A stretch of 60,274 nt of DNA, counting the filler, from Stramenopiles sp. TOSAG23-2 (lineage: Eukaryota): the NCBI GenBank assembly GCA_900128395.1. It is 6 parts of 6 records of this genome, joined end to end, with 100 filler letters (N's around TTAATTAATTAA, not from the genome) between each part and the next. Parts side by side here need not be neighbours in the genome. Positions count along the whole stretch, not along the records: positions 10,082 to 20,048 come from LT650054.1; positions 20,149 to 30,114 come from LT650055.1; 4 more parts are not named here. One strand, written 5' to 3'. The translations under genes and the position numbers were made by a program. The notes beneath the pieces were generated by a model, which was given only the letters and a program-made list of their open reading frames with translations, made no database searches and was not told the DNA's origin. Positions 12,190-23,763 of this stretch are shown here, piece by piece. The stretch's first letter is position 1. Every line of letters starts with the position of its first letter.

Positions 12190-12495
12190 TAATAATATTA
12201 TAATGTAGATATAGGAGCTAAGAGATTGACCGTACTCACGCGCGTGCGAGGAGTTTTAGTACTATTTATATATATAATATCACAAATACAAACAATGGAA
12301 GACCTATAGAAGACCTGGAAAACTTTGGAATGGAAAACCTGAAAGATAGATTGTGACTGTCATTAATAATAATATATGTACATATTATAAATAGTGTCAT
12401 AAAGAAGAAACATTGCCATTATACAATATATATATACACACATACAGTATAAATACAAAAAAAAATAATTAAGTAGTATAGTAAGGAAAATAATA

Positions 12496-13662
12496 ATGGA
12501 AAATACGTCCTCCTACACAGTTCCTATGAATGGAGGAGAGGGTCATGATTTTGATGTTCAAAACAAAAGAGAAGAAATGGAAAGAAACGAAAATCAACTA
12601 CAAAGTATTAACGAATTGCCAACATTTTTACGCCGTTTAATACATTTATCACCAAAGAGATACAAGAAAACATTTATGTTTATACAATTTATGATGACGA
12701 TTGGATGGAGTTTTCCGATATTTAGCTATGTAACATCAAGCGTAATCATTGGTTCATTGCTTGCTGGGTATTTTTTAATAGTAAATAGTTCTTTGACTTT
12801 GATACCTGATTTCACAACCCCCGGTGTCTTCCTTGATATACTTTTGAAGGACGCAAAAATAACCAAGAAAATTAATGACAACATGAAAGGAAATGTTATC
12901 TCTAATGCAGTGTTTATGATTTTAATTCTATTACCTTTAAGCTGGATATTTTTTTTAATTAATTTTGCAAATACAGCATGGTTGGGTGAACAATATCTGA
13001 GCTATTCATTTGGCATAACAATAATTTGTGGGGCCTTGGGAAGTATATTCATGATATTGAACATTCCGTTTGATATGAACTCAACACTTCCGGAACAAGT
13101 CAGTATAATGCACATAGAAAAGATCAAAAACTATCTCGAAGCCGTCCGAACTATCATTTTGAAAAATGATACAGAAGATGGCATTCCATTAGTTAAGAAA
13201 CTATCAAAAGAGCAAAAAAAAGTTGAACAATGGATTGTAGATATCAATAATGGTATGAGTAGCTTTAATACGGCAGGGATTATCATTTTGATTTGTAATG
13301 GTATAATAATGTTAACAATAGCTGCCGGTGGTTTTAGTTTAGCCGTGACAATAACGTTTTCAATATTTGCCTTATGGATGTTTATCTTTCTTTATAACAT
13401 ATTATATGGATTAGCAAAACCAAATTTAATATGGGAACAACAAAAAATTTTGTTATTTAACGATGCTGAAGTTATATTAAATATGAAATTTCCTAAAGAA
13501 AATTTTGAAACATGGTTGAGTAGACATGATATTAATGCTTCAAGAGCATTTGGTACAAAAGTGACGTTTGAGAAAATGAAACAAGCGGCTGGAGTGTTAA
13601 CATCTGCATTTGGTATTGTATTATACTTGTTATTACGTGAAGAGTTAAGAAAGTATCTTTAA
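12496..13662 (+). CDS. Multi-pass (about 7 TM) membrane protein, possibly gustatory-receptor-like/7TMIC
   Basis: 388 aa; about 7 hydrophobic segments, long helical loop between TM4 and TM5, C-terminal AFGTKVT..(TM) arrangement. Confidence 0.8.
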   Translation: MENTSSYTVPMNGGEGHDFDVQNKREEMERNENQLQSINELPTFLRRLIHLSPKRYKKTFMFIQFMMTIGWSFPIFSYVTSSVIIGSLLAGYFLIVNSSLTLIPDFTTPGVFLDILLKDAKITKKINDNMKGNVISNAVFMILILLPLSWIFFLINFANTAWLGEQYLSYSFGITIICGALGSIFMILNIPFDMNSTLPEQVSIMHIEKIKNYLEAVRTIILKNDTEDGIPLVKKLSKEQKKVEQWIVDINNGMSSFNTAGIIILICNGIIMLTIAAGGFSLAVTITFSIFALWMFIFLYNILYGLAKPNLIWEQQKILLFNDAEVILNMKFPKENFETWLSRHDINASRAFGTKVTFEKMKQAAGVLTSAFGIVLYLLLREELRKYL

Positions 13663-13884
13663 AAAAAATATTTTATAAAATATTATACGACCACCGTATG
13701 ATACATGCGGAGTAATGTACGCTTCGTAATTTTTACCGAGAGAGCGAGAGAGGAACACAGGAACACAAAAAATATTTTTTTTAAAACATAATTCGTACGT
13801 ATTAAAAACACACAAAAATCCAAATCTTTTTCTTAAAAATATAAAATATATATATATTATATATTATATATATATATAAATATA

Positions 13885-16800
13885 TTATACCTCATCATTC
13901 ATCATGACTTCATCAACCCACGATGAAAACAATTGTGTATTGACTAAACGTGTTATATATGGAATTTGGGCTCCACCAATAAATGAATTTCTTCGTTCCA
14001 AATAACTGTCTTTTAAAAATACATAGGATTGACTACTATCGTTGCTTGAAATATTACGAATGCAATGGACGCGAACATCGCCTAAAATACCATTGATATA
14101 ATTTTTACATGTACCTACACATAAATTTACAATATCATCTTCTTTCTCACTTAATACGTACATGTTCTTTGATGCAGATGGCTTATTACCTGCTATAATA
14201 GTTAAATCTTCAGATAGATTTAATATTTTATCAGACATAATCATATCTGAATTTGGCAATCGTAATTTTGTTGGATTTTTAACTTCATCACTATCAACTA
14301 ACAAAAATGTGACATCCTTCAACGATTCAATATGTTTCGGTGTAGATGTCAAGCCTACTAAAAATGGAACTGGTGCTAACAAAAAGTTCCACAAACGACT
14401 TGGCAAACATGGTACAAAAGTAGCTTGCCATTCTAACGGAGTTAATAATGCAGTAAATGCACATGCTACAGCATATGATATAGCTGGATCGGATGAGACT
14501 ATGGCGACTGATTTTTCCATTAATAATGTTGATAAAATTTGTATAATATTTTCAAATGAAATACGTTGAAAGGTTTCGACTATTGTCCATTTTGGTGCTG
14601 CAGCATTTAATAATTCGATTGGCCTAACCTTCACATTAAATGGCCATGTACATGTATTTGTAGATGTAAACATTTTACTTGGACCATTCAGTGAAACGAT
14701 ACGATTTTCATCATCATCATCTTCATCATTTATAAATTGATTGCCATCGTTTTCAAATTGATCTAAATTTACATCTCGATATTTATTTAAAACAGAGAAA
14801 ATAGATTTAAAGTCTTCTTGTTGATATAATGATTTATTCTTTTCATCCATTTCTGAAACATTAGATGCAAGATCCATTAATGCAATACGCTCTAATATTT
14901 TAAAGTGCAAATTGTATTGTTGATATTTTGAAACAAAACAATACGATCGTTTAATATATAATACTTGATTCCAATTTTCTGGCTCATCTTCCTCGATATT
15001 ATTACTCATACTCCCAGCTCTATTATATCGACTGTTTGTATGAACAACAACATCGGCACTACTATTTGTTTCGTCTTTTTTATCCTCCCCATCCTTACTG
15101 TTATTACTGCTGCTACTACTACTACTACTGGCAGTATCCTTTGTACTACTCCCTTCCTCATCGGCTTTTCCCTTCTCGCTATCTATGGAAACATCATTTG
15201 CTGCTGATGATGATGTAGGCTCAATGGAATTTGTACGTTTTCGAACTTTTACCATAACTGGATTCAATGGTAGTTCAATAGTTAACGTTTGCCCTGGCAA
15301 AGCATTTTCAGGTATTGTGAATATACATTGTGTTTCTCCAATGACAACTTTAACATTTTTATTTTCAGGTATATTTTCTGGAATAACATATTGAATTCTC
15401 TTTGGTTGATCGGATGGCATATCGTCTTGAGAAAACGATGACAGATCTGGCTTTTCAAATGCAGTTGGTAATTCTGGCTCAACGTCGCCAAGAGCATCTA
15501 ATAAATCACCAGTCTCTTCTAAAACACTTGATTTTCGTCGTATATTTTCATTATTACTACTACCTTTTTCTTCTTTATTATTATCTACATTTATTTCATC
15601 ATTATCACTATTACTAATATTAATATCAATGCCATCTTCATTATCTTCTTCTTCTTTTGATACGATATTATTTTTATCAAGTAAAATAAATTGCTCTTCT
15701 GCTTTGGTACCATACAATACTGGATGAGCAATTGTTAAACAAAAACCATGATAAACTTCATTTGCATCTGTTAATGTGAAATAATGTCGATCTTTTTTCA
15801 CTTTCATCTTTTCAATATTTGTCTCTTCATCATCAACATAGAAACTTTCAACACCTTCAGGAAATGTAAAATCGGATAAGGTACTAGAATCTAATCTGGA
15901 ACCATTAAATGCATGGTTTTTATTAGATGGATGTTGAAAAATAATATCTGGTTGCCAATTTCCTACTTTCTCAATTAGCGTTGTTGGATGGATACCAGAA
16001 ACAAAAAATAATTCAAAACTGAAAAAATCAATATTATTTTGACCTAAAAATAATTCATTTCGTACAGTTGAAAATATTTTCGGAGATGAACCATCTGTTT
16101 TATTAATATTAGTAGTAGTATCATCATCTTTATCATCATCATAAAATTTTGGTGATGATCTTAATTTAGCTTCTAAAATAATATTTTCCAATTTGCTTGT
16201 ATCATCCATTGTCATCGATCGTTTTTTTGTTATATTTCGCATATGTGAAGACAATTTATTTGATGCAGCTTGTAATTGATCTTCAATTGACATATTATCG
16301 TTGTTATTGTTATTATTAATGTTGTTGTTGTCATAACTGGAAATCGAAGATGATGAATTTCGTCGACGATTGTTATAATTATTGTTAAATGATTGTTTGT
16401 CAGAACTTATACTTAATCTTCTTTCACCACCATCACCAGATAAACTAGTACGTCGTAATCGTTGAGTTTTTAACCAATCTGAATGTGTTACAATAGTAAA
16501 ACTTTTACGTCTACCAAATTCCAAATTAGCTGCTTTTAAACCTGGTGATAATGGATCTGCTCGTTCCAATGTACCCGTTGTTTTTGGAGAGTATCTTAAA
16601 CTACTAGGTTTCACTTGCCAACTTTTTCTACGTTTGCCATTTTTACTATTTGCCATTGCTGGTGATACTGGAGCTGATCGATTCACTGGAGAAATAGAAG
16701 ATGCAGTACTATCTACCCCAGAAGTATTAATACTCAAATAACGTTTTCCCGGGGGCCTTACAATAGAATTGTTTTTCACAATATTTTTCTTGTTGTTGTT

Positions 16801-17073
16801 ATAATAGTTTACATTATTATTATTATTATTAACATTTTGTTTATTTCTTTTTTTTTCAGGGGATGATTTTTCCAATTTGCTGACTTTTGTACGTAATTCA
16901 TCAATAATACGCCTTTGTTCTTGTATAATACGTTGTTGCTCTTGAACCTGTAACAATAAATTAAATTTTGATTTAGCTTCTTCTTCGTATTTCTTTTTCC
17001 ATGATGACGTAAAGGATAATGAAGAGGAGGACGATTTTGTATTACTTTTTTTTTTATTTAAACCACCAAACAT
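13885..17073 (-). CDS. DENN-domain Rab GEF with N-terminal coiled coil
   Basis: uDENN (FELFFVSG..DFTFPEG..FTLTD..YHGFCL), cDENN (LLMEKSVAIVS..LLTPLEWQATFVPCLP..LAPVPFLVG), dDENN (NTQLFSSWV). Confidence 0.92.
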   Translation of the reverse strand: MFGGLNKKKSNTKSSSSSLSFTSSWKKKYEEEAKSKFNLLLQVQEQQRIIQEQRRIIDELRTKVSKLEKSSPEKKRNKQNVNNNNNNVNYYNNNKKNIVKNNSIVRPPGKRYLSINTSGVDSTASSISPVNRSAPVSPAMANSKNGKRRKSWQVKPSSLRYSPKTTGTLERADPLSPGLKAANLEFGRRKSFTIVTHSDWLKTQRLRRTSLSGDGGERRLSISSDKQSFNNNYNNRRRNSSSSISSYDNNNINNNNNNDNMSIEDQLQAASNKLSSHMRNITKKRSMTMDDTSKLENIILEAKLRSSPKFYDDDKDDDTTTNINKTDGSSPKIFSTVRNELFLGQNNIDFFSFELFFVSGIHPTTLIEKVGNWQPDIIFQHPSNKNHAFNGSRLDSSTLSDFTFPEGVESFYVDDEETNIEKMKVKKDRHYFTLTDANEVYHGFCLTIAHPVLYGTKAEEQFILLDKNNIVSKEEEDNEDGIDINISNSDNDEINVDNNKEEKGSSNNENIRRKSSVLEETGDLLDALGDVEPELPTAFEKPDLSSFSQDDMPSDQPKRIQYVIPENIPENKNVKVVIGETQCIFTIPENALPGQTLTIELPLNPVMVKVRKRTNSIEPTSSSAANDVSIDSEKGKADEEGSSTKDTASSSSSSSSNNSKDGEDKKDETNSSADVVVHTNSRYNRAGSMSNNIEEDEPENWNQVLYIKRSYCFVSKYQQYNLHFKILERIALMDLASNVSEMDEKNKSLYQQEDFKSIFSVLNKYRDVNLDQFENDGNQFINDEDDDDENRIVSLNGPSKMFTSTNTCTWPFNVKVRPIELLNAAAPKWTIVETFQRISFENIIQILSTLLMEKSVAIVSSDPAISYAVACAFTALLTPLEWQATFVPCLPSRLWNFLLAPVPFLVGLTSTPKHIESLKDVTFLLVDSDEVKNPTKLRLPNSDMIMSDKILNLSEDLTIIAGNKPSASKNMYVLSEKEDDIVNLCVGTCKNYINGILGDVRVHCIRNISSNDSSQSYVFLKDSYLERRNSFIGGAQIPYITRLVNTQLFSSWVDEVMMNDEV

Positions 17074-17937
17074 TGTCTTGTAAAAAAAAAATAAAAATTG
17101 TAGATTTTTTTAATTATTAAATTTGTACCAAAAAAAAATAATTGTATAATTATTATAAATATTATTAATAATACTACTGTGTAATATTATTATTACCACA
17201 ACAAACAGAAATGAATCAAATGTAAAATTAATTATTTTATGATTCTATATATATATATATATATATATACACAACGTCGTAATTTATAACAACCACCATT
17301 GTATGCAATTTCTATAAATTTATTCTTCTAATTTTAATTATTAATTTTTTCGTAGAAGAATTGGCATAAAATCGATGATTTTTGATATTCTAATTTCCCA
17401 TTCAAGTATAAATTATGGTTATATTTCCTATATAGAAAATAGATTTATATAAAAGTAGGTTCAAAAACCTGGTCCATATAGTATTCACCTGCTACGGTAT
17501 ATATACATGGATATAGCATACAAGATGCTATTCCATGTATATAGTCTGACACCTCTTTTATTTATTATTTTTTTTATAATACCTTAACCTGGTGCAACAG
17601 GTGCACAGCTGGTATATGGTAAACAACAAATTTCCGACAATGTTTTTTGCTTCATTTTAGGCGTGATAAATATACATAAGATAAGAACCCATACGTATAT
17701 GTTTATGAATGACGTAATATACATAGGGTTAATTATATTTTGTATGATAGGTATAGCCGGGGTTTGCTTATTCATATGATAATACTTAAAGTACAACAAT
17801 TCCATTTTAATATATATATCTTTTGTTGAATAAATACATAATGTACCCCAATATATACCAATATACATAATATATAAAATACCATACACATACCATACAT
17901 ATATCTATATTATACCGACAATAAATTAAATAACGAA

Positions 17938-19320
17938 ATGGAAAAGAAACGTAAATTATCATATGAACGAGGGAAATGTGTTGAATTACCACAAGCAAAG
18001 TTAAAAAAAATATTTTTACAAACAAAACAAATTAATGGTAGTAGGGAAGATGGTCGAGTTGCATTAAATGCAGCATTAAATGCATTTATACAAGATGTAG
18101 TACAAGGGACAGTTGCAATAGCAATTGAAAAAAGTTTGACGAAAGAGGAAATAAAAAAGGACGAAATAGATAGTGATACCGAAGATGAAGAGGAAGAAGA
18201 ATTAAATAACGACAAAGAGGATATTATAGCACTTGATCATGATACTATAGTGTTAGATATGCAAAATGCGCATATAAGTCTTTCTAATTTTCCTATAAAT
18301 GAAATTTTTGGATTTAAAATATCATTGAAACGACTTGGGTTACAAATTGAAGAAACATCAACTGGTGTTAAAGTGATGGACGTTTCAGAGACAAAACAAT
18401 ACAATATATATAAATATGTAAAATACGGAGATAGAATCATTATGGTAGGCGATGAAATTTTTAAATTCAATACTACAAATATTGATAACGTAACAGAAGC
18501 TTTTGAAACAACTCCTCGTCCATTTAAATTATATATTCATCGATCTAATGATAATAATAATACGAAGAATCAAAATGACATTGTAACAATCGATCCAACT
18601 ACTGTTGCTGTAGATATGAGAAAGGCAAATATGAATTCATCATTGTTTCCATTACATGAAATATTTGGTTATGAAATATCCATGGATAAATTAGGATTGA
18701 AACTTGAAGAATCACCATATGGGATTCGAGTTTTGGAATACCCAGAAGGTAAACGATTGAACATTTATAAACATTTAAGGCAAGGGGATAGAATCATCAT
18801 GGTAGGGAATATGAATTATAAATTCAAAAATACAACATTAAATGAAGTAACAGCAGCATTTCAAATGACACCGAGACCATTTAAATTGTATGTCCATCGT
18901 CCGGTAAAACGTGTTGTATATCGTACATTGCCACCTGATTCTACTAGATTTAAATTAAGATTGAACATGGATCATTTAAGAGAGTATTTGTATTCAGATA
19001 AAAACAAATTTGATTTTTTAGAAGATACATTTGAAAACTATTCCAGTGAAATGTTATTAAATGGTAGTGGAATCAATAATAATAATTCTATTAACAACAA
19101 TGATATTATAGAAGATGATCCAAATGATCATTTATTACTTTCAAGTAAACGTAATAAGCGTAATAATAATAATACAAACGCATCTGTGAATGAAGCACGT
19201 TCTGCTGTATCAAATACAACATCAAATGCAAAAAACATTGCGTTAAATGTTGAATTAAAATCTAATTTTGGAAATTTAGATGAAGTAATATTTGATGGTG
19301 AAGAGATGGATTTTAATTGA
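17938..19320 (+). CDS. Histone-fold protein (NC2alpha/DRAP1 or NF-YC-like) with two inserted PDZ-like repeats
   Basis: ELPQAKLKKI..ALNAFIQDVVQGT at the N-terminus and LNMDHLREYL..FDFLEDTF about 280 aa later. Two 119-aa repeats lie between (LGLQIEE..VKYGDRIIMVG..RPFKLYIHR). Confidence 0.75.
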   Translation: MEKKRKLSYERGKCVELPQAKLKKIFLQTKQINGSREDGRVALNAALNAFIQDVVQGTVAIAIEKSLTKEEIKKDEIDSDTEDEEEEELNNDKEDIIALDHDTIVLDMQNAHISLSNFPINEIFGFKISLKRLGLQIEETSTGVKVMDVSETKQYNIYKYVKYGDRIIMVGDEIFKFNTTNIDNVTEAFETTPRPFKLYIHRSNDNNNTKNQNDIVTIDPTTVAVDMRKANMNSSLFPLHEIFGYEISMDKLGLKLEESPYGIRVLEYPEGKRLNIYKHLRQGDRIIMVGNMNYKFKNTTLNEVTAAFQMTPRPFKLYVHRPVKRVVYRTLPPDSTRFKLRLNMDHLREYLYSDKNKFDFLEDTFENYSSEMLLNGSGINNNNSINNNDIIEDDPNDHLLLSSKRNKRNNNNTNASVNEARSAVSNTTSNAKNIALNVELKSNFGNLDEVIFDGEEMDFN

Positions 19321-19452
19321 GAGAGGTACAGGAGAGATAAATATTTCGTAGATTAAGATATAATATGTGTTGTGATGCCACTGGTCTTTTTACGTCTCTC
19401 TCTCTCTCTCTAAAGCTTTATGAATTGGCCTCTATATAAATAGGAGGCGAGC

Positions 19453-19878
19453 TCATTTAATTTTTAATGCACTAGAATGTGTTGAGCTTTTAATATTCCA
19501 ATTGAATTTTGTCCTTCGTCTCCCATCATCTTTTTCTTTTATTTTACCATTGTAATAGTCAATTCCTAATTTGCCTTTATTCCAACGTTTGATAAAACTT
19601 ACGAATTTCTCTTTCGATTCTACTGAGCTTAGATCTTCAAAATAGATACCTTTCGATTTCCTCAACCACTCTCTATATTCTACACTATACATATAATAAT
19701 CATCAATTGATATTTTTTTAATTTTCATTTGTTGTTCATTTTTATTATTATTATTATGATTCAGATTAGTATATCTCATAAATAGATCATCTTTCTTCTT
19801 TTTTTTTTCTTTTTTTTTATCTTTTGATTTTTTCTTTTTCGACGTTTTCTTCTTTTTTTCCTTTGATGATGAGGACAT
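19453..19878 (-). CDS. Small Lys-rich nuclear protein, style cell-cycle inhibitor 1 (SCI1)-like
   Basis: ISIDDYY..EYREWLR..KGIYFEDLSS..KF..FIKRWNKGKL..YY matches the conserved SCI1-like domain. Confidence 0.75.
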   Translation of the reverse strand: MSSSSKEKKKKTSKKKKSKDKKKEKKKKKDDLFMRYTNLNHNNNNKNEQQMKIKKISIDDYYMYSVEYREWLRKSKGIYFEDLSSVESKEKFVSFIKRWNKGKLGIDYYNGKIKEKDDGRRRTKFNWNIKSSTHSSALKIK

Positions 19879-20048
19879 GATGAATAGTAGAAACAGATGA
19901 TATATATATATATATATATACTCTTTTATCTCTTCCTCCCTGTTTTTATCTTTTTGTATATTTTCACTGTGTTGTTGGGCACTTATTATTATTTTCCCTG
20001 CCCTGATGTGTGTGTATAGGGGTATTAACGAAGCAAGATAACAAAGAA

Positions 20049-20148
20049 NNNNNNNNNNNNNNNNNNNNNNNNNNNNNNNNNNNNNNNNNNNNTTAATTAA
20101 TTAANNNNNNNNNNNNNNNNNNNNNNNNNNNNNNNNNNNNNNNNNNNN
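20049..20148. other. Artificial contig-joining spacer
   Basis: 44 N + TTAATTAATTAA + 44 N. Confidence 0.98.
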
Positions 20149-20165
20149 AGAGATATTCAAAATTT

Positions 20166-21131
20166 TTATCGTTTAACCATAAACATCGATGTCACATCAT
20201 GATATTCTTTTCTCCCCCAACTTGCAACACCACCATTTTGATTATTATTATTTATATTTCTGTTTTTCCTACTTCTATTTTTCATTCGTTTATCTCTACT
20301 TTTTCTTAATCTTGGATCCATCGTACGCTTTGCAAATGGCATATCCATAGTAGCTAAATGTACAGCAGCTTGTTCATCTGTCATATTGGAAAAACCATCT
20401 TTCATTTGCTCTAATCTTTTTCGTGCTATACTAGCTGATGCACTTTTTGGTCTTTGTAATCTTCTTACCGGACTTTCATGATTATATCTACGACTATCTC
20501 TTGCTTCTTTTGATAACATAGATTTTAATTTAGACGGTGCAAGAGGTTCAATATCAATATATAATGCGCCAAGTTGCATGGACGATTTTTTTTTAATTTT
20601 TCGTTGTGGTACACGAGATGACCCCCCACCAAATGCGGCGAGTGCTTTAGCCTTTTCACGTTCTGATAATATGGCAGCCGACGGACTTTTAAATAAGGAC
20701 ATAGTACCATAATTATCCCCATCGTCAATATCATCATAATCATTTTCTATTTTATTTTCATTATCTCTTGATGCCAAAATAGGTTTCATAATATTTTGAC
20801 GTTCCTCCTCTTCTTTCGACATACCTAACCATGGTTTATCATTTACAGGCGGACGACCTGTCCGTTCAGAAGCCTCTCTAACTAACCTGCGCGTTTTACT
20901 TGCAAGTTGATATGATTTTATCTTTTTCTGTTGTTTACCTAACTTATATCTAAGACCAGCTATGTAACTCTGTAACTCTCCGTTTGTTTGCCTTAGTTTA
21001 ATTACAGCATCTTCTAATTGTTTTCTAGTCATTCTATCAACTGGCTTCAGTGGCTCTTTTAATTTATATTTCTGCCCAATACTTTCATTTTTCCCTTTCT
21101 TCTTACTACTGCTACTACGTTTCTCTGTCAT
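20166..21131 (-). CDS. Hypothetical basic coiled-coil protein
   Basis: 321-aa ATG-initiated ORF with coding-like composition; N-terminal heptad region. Confidence 0.75.
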   Translation of the reverse strand: MTEKRSSSSKKKGKNESIGQKYKLKEPLKPVDRMTRKQLEDAVIKLRQTNGELQSYIAGLRYKLGKQQKKIKSYQLASKTRRLVREASERTGRPPVNDKPWLGMSKEEEERQNIMKPILASRDNENKIENDYDDIDDGDNYGTMSLFKSPSAAILSEREKAKALAAFGGGSSRVPQRKIKKKSSMQLGALYIDIEPLAPSKLKSMLSKEARDSRRYNHESPVRRLQRPKSASASIARKRLEQMKDGFSNMTDEQAAVHLATMDMPFAKRTMDPRLRKSRDKRMKNRSRKNRNINNNNQNGGVASWGRKEYHDVTSMFMVKR

Positions 21132-21135
21132 ATTT

Positions 21136-21431
21136 GCTTTATGTATTCTGTAGATTATTCTATTTGGATGTATAATGGTGCGATGTAATAAATTATAGTC
21201 ATAAAATTTTATCTATTTTTATTATTATTTCTTTGATTATGTTTTATTTTGATTCTTGTTGTTTTGAGAAGATGAGATGAAGAGCTTTATGTATTCTGTA
21301 GATTATTCTATTTGGATGTATAATGGTGCGATGTAATATATTATAGTCATAAAATTTTATCTATTTTTATTATTATTTCTTTGATTATGTTTTATTTTGA
21401 TTCTTGTTGTTTTGAGAAGATGAGATGAAGA
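21136..21431. repeat. Tandem duplication, 2 x 148 bp (1 mismatch seen)
   Basis: gctttatgtattctgtag... at 21136 and 21284. Confidence 0.9.
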
Positions 21432-21592
21432 ACTTCAACGTCTTTGTTGTTTGTCCTTAAATTATTAGCTGCTACTGATATTTGTACTGTAAATAATGGT
21501 GAACTGGTATTATACTGTTACAATCCAATTAACAACAGTGTTTCTCGCAACCTACTATATTATGGCACTATTATGTTGTAATAATAAAATAA

Positions 21593-21843
21593 TCAGTATA
21601 TAAATACTAATACCAAACTTATATCAAATATATAATTCGTTGGAAAAAGTAAAATATATCAAAGGATTAGCATTTTCATATAAAGATATAATATATGCAT
21701 ATATCTGTATGTTAAATTCAGTATATAAATACTAATACCAAACTTATATCAAATATATAATTCGTTGGAAAAAGTAAAATATATCAAAGGATTAGCATTT
21801 TCATATAAAGATATAATATATGCATATATCTGTATGTTAAATT
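21593..21843. repeat. Tandem duplication, 2 x 125 bp
   Basis: tcagtatataaatac... at 21593 and 21718. Confidence 0.9.
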
Positions 21844-21942
21844 AAATCAATCGCACGTGTTTTCGACGCCAAATAACAAATAAATTTTGTAATTTATATT
21901 ATAGATCGCTTATATATAAATTCAAGAAATAAACATAATACT

Positions 21943-23205
21943 ATGAAATTGTCAAACAGTACGAACACATTTCAAACTTCTGGACAATTAGTTGTATCTC
22001 CTGTCCGAAGACGACAGAACACTAGCACTATTCAACTACGGCGTTACGTTCCAAGGCCTGAAGATTCCCAGCAGGTGCGTGAATGTTTTTTTGAAAAAGA
22101 ATGTCGACCTGATTTTCGGTTTAAAATTCCAAATCCCAGGTTTATAAAAGAGAAAAAATGGGTGACACATTCAAAACATATAGATAAAAAAGTTATGACT
22201 CAAAGTGAGAAAAAAGGAGCGATAAATACATTACCAAGGTATGCACCCAATCCCCACGATTCCACACAGTTGAACAATTTAATGAAAAATATTACCCATC
22301 CCAATACACCAAATTTTGATTACAATAGGAACGCTACCAATCATACAGCACTATCACAATATCAAGAAGTAGTTCAAGCTAGTGATAATTATATTAATAA
22401 TGATAATACTAATAATAGCAGCAGCAATAAGAACAACTACTTCAATAACAATAGTATTAATAATGACAATAGAAACTACATCGATGATTATAACAATGTT
22501 AATAATAATAACAGTAGCATTTCATACGATAATAATAACAAAGTTTTTACGAAAACCGATCTTCGAAATATCAAACATAATAAAAAAAACGATGAGAAAG
22601 ATTTCAATGAAAAACCACTTGTAGAAACAATTTTAACATTTCGGAATAAATGGAGAAAAAAATCAACACATAACTTTTCCGTTTTTTCAGATCCATCAAG
22701 TCAATATACAAGAACGTATAGAGTAGGGGAACATAGTGGCGTGATGAATAATACAAGGCCAGATTTAGCATTACGCGGGGTTTTGCGTTCCAACTTGCCA
22801 ACCATGGAAGGTGTATTAGGCTTAGGTGATCTGAATCAGACTACTTGGCGCGCTCTTGGAGGCGTGCCACACGAAAGGCATAAAGTACATGCATCAGCAA
22901 AATTGCATCCAACATATAGAACAATTCAAGTGGAAAAAATGCTCGGACAAGAACATTCAGATGAAGTTCTTGATTCACTAAGAAAACGTGGTAATGCACA
23001 TTCACCGGTACGGCAATTTGTTCGACAAGGGCAAGGAACTGCTGATGAAATTAATTGGGTTCAGCAAACTCGTAATTCACGCCTTAAAATGGAGAATAGA
23101 AAACGGTATTTAAATTCAAAAATTTTCGTTGAAAATAGAGATAAACCAAGTAGAAAAGAAGTTGAAAATTTAAATATGTCAGGTGTATATAACAACACAC
23201 AATAA
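21943..23205 (+). CDS. Hypothetical protein with Asn-rich linker
   Basis: 420-aa ATG-initiated ORF; no family recognised. Confidence 0.75.
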   Translation: MKLSNSTNTFQTSGQLVVSPVRRRQNTSTIQLRRYVPRPEDSQQVRECFFEKECRPDFRFKIPNPRFIKEKKWVTHSKHIDKKVMTQSEKKGAINTLPRYAPNPHDSTQLNNLMKNITHPNTPNFDYNRNATNHTALSQYQEVVQASDNYINNDNTNNSSSNKNNYFNNNSINNDNRNYIDDYNNVNNNNSSISYDNNNKVFTKTDLRNIKHNKKNDEKDFNEKPLVETILTFRNKWRKKSTHNFSVFSDPSSQYTRTYRVGEHSGVMNNTRPDLALRGVLRSNLPTMEGVLGLGDLNQTTWRALGGVPHERHKVHASAKLHPTYRTIQVEKMLGQEHSDEVLDSLRKRGNAHSPVRQFVRQGQGTADEINWVQQTRNSRLKMENRKRYLNSKIFVENRDKPSRKEVENLNMSGVYNNTQ

Positions 23206-23427
23206 ATTTATAATGTACAGAAAATGGAAAAAACCACTACACACACTTTTTGAGGAGTCTAAATAATATATATATTTTGATAAAATAATAATTTAAGTAA
23301 TTTGATAATTAACACACAATAAATTTATAATGTACCAAAAATGGAAAAAACCACTACACACACTTTTTGAGGAGTCTAAATAATATATATATTTTGATAA
23401 AATAATAATTTAAGTAATTTGATAATT
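23194..23427. repeat. Tandem duplication, 2 x about 117 bp (SNP and 1-nt indel between copies)
   Basis: aacacacaataaattt... at 23194 and 23311. Confidence 0.88.
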
Positions 23428-23763
23428 TACTCATGTTGATAATTCCTATTTCATACTCTTCAAAAGAATATTTATACAATATATGATATGATAATTGAGA
23501 GACAATAATATGATATGTATCTATCTCACACTAGTGTGTTGATATTCTCATAATAGAGAATATCAAATGAAGGTAAATAGATGAGGTATCTACTTGCAGT
23601 TGATGAAAAACGAACATCATAGGAAGACGGCGACGTCGTATTTACTCGTATCATATATATATCACATATAATTGCATATATATACGAAGTACGAAGTTCG
23701 TATATTATATTAAAAAATATTAAATATATACTCGTATGATATTATATTAATGTTCACAACAGG

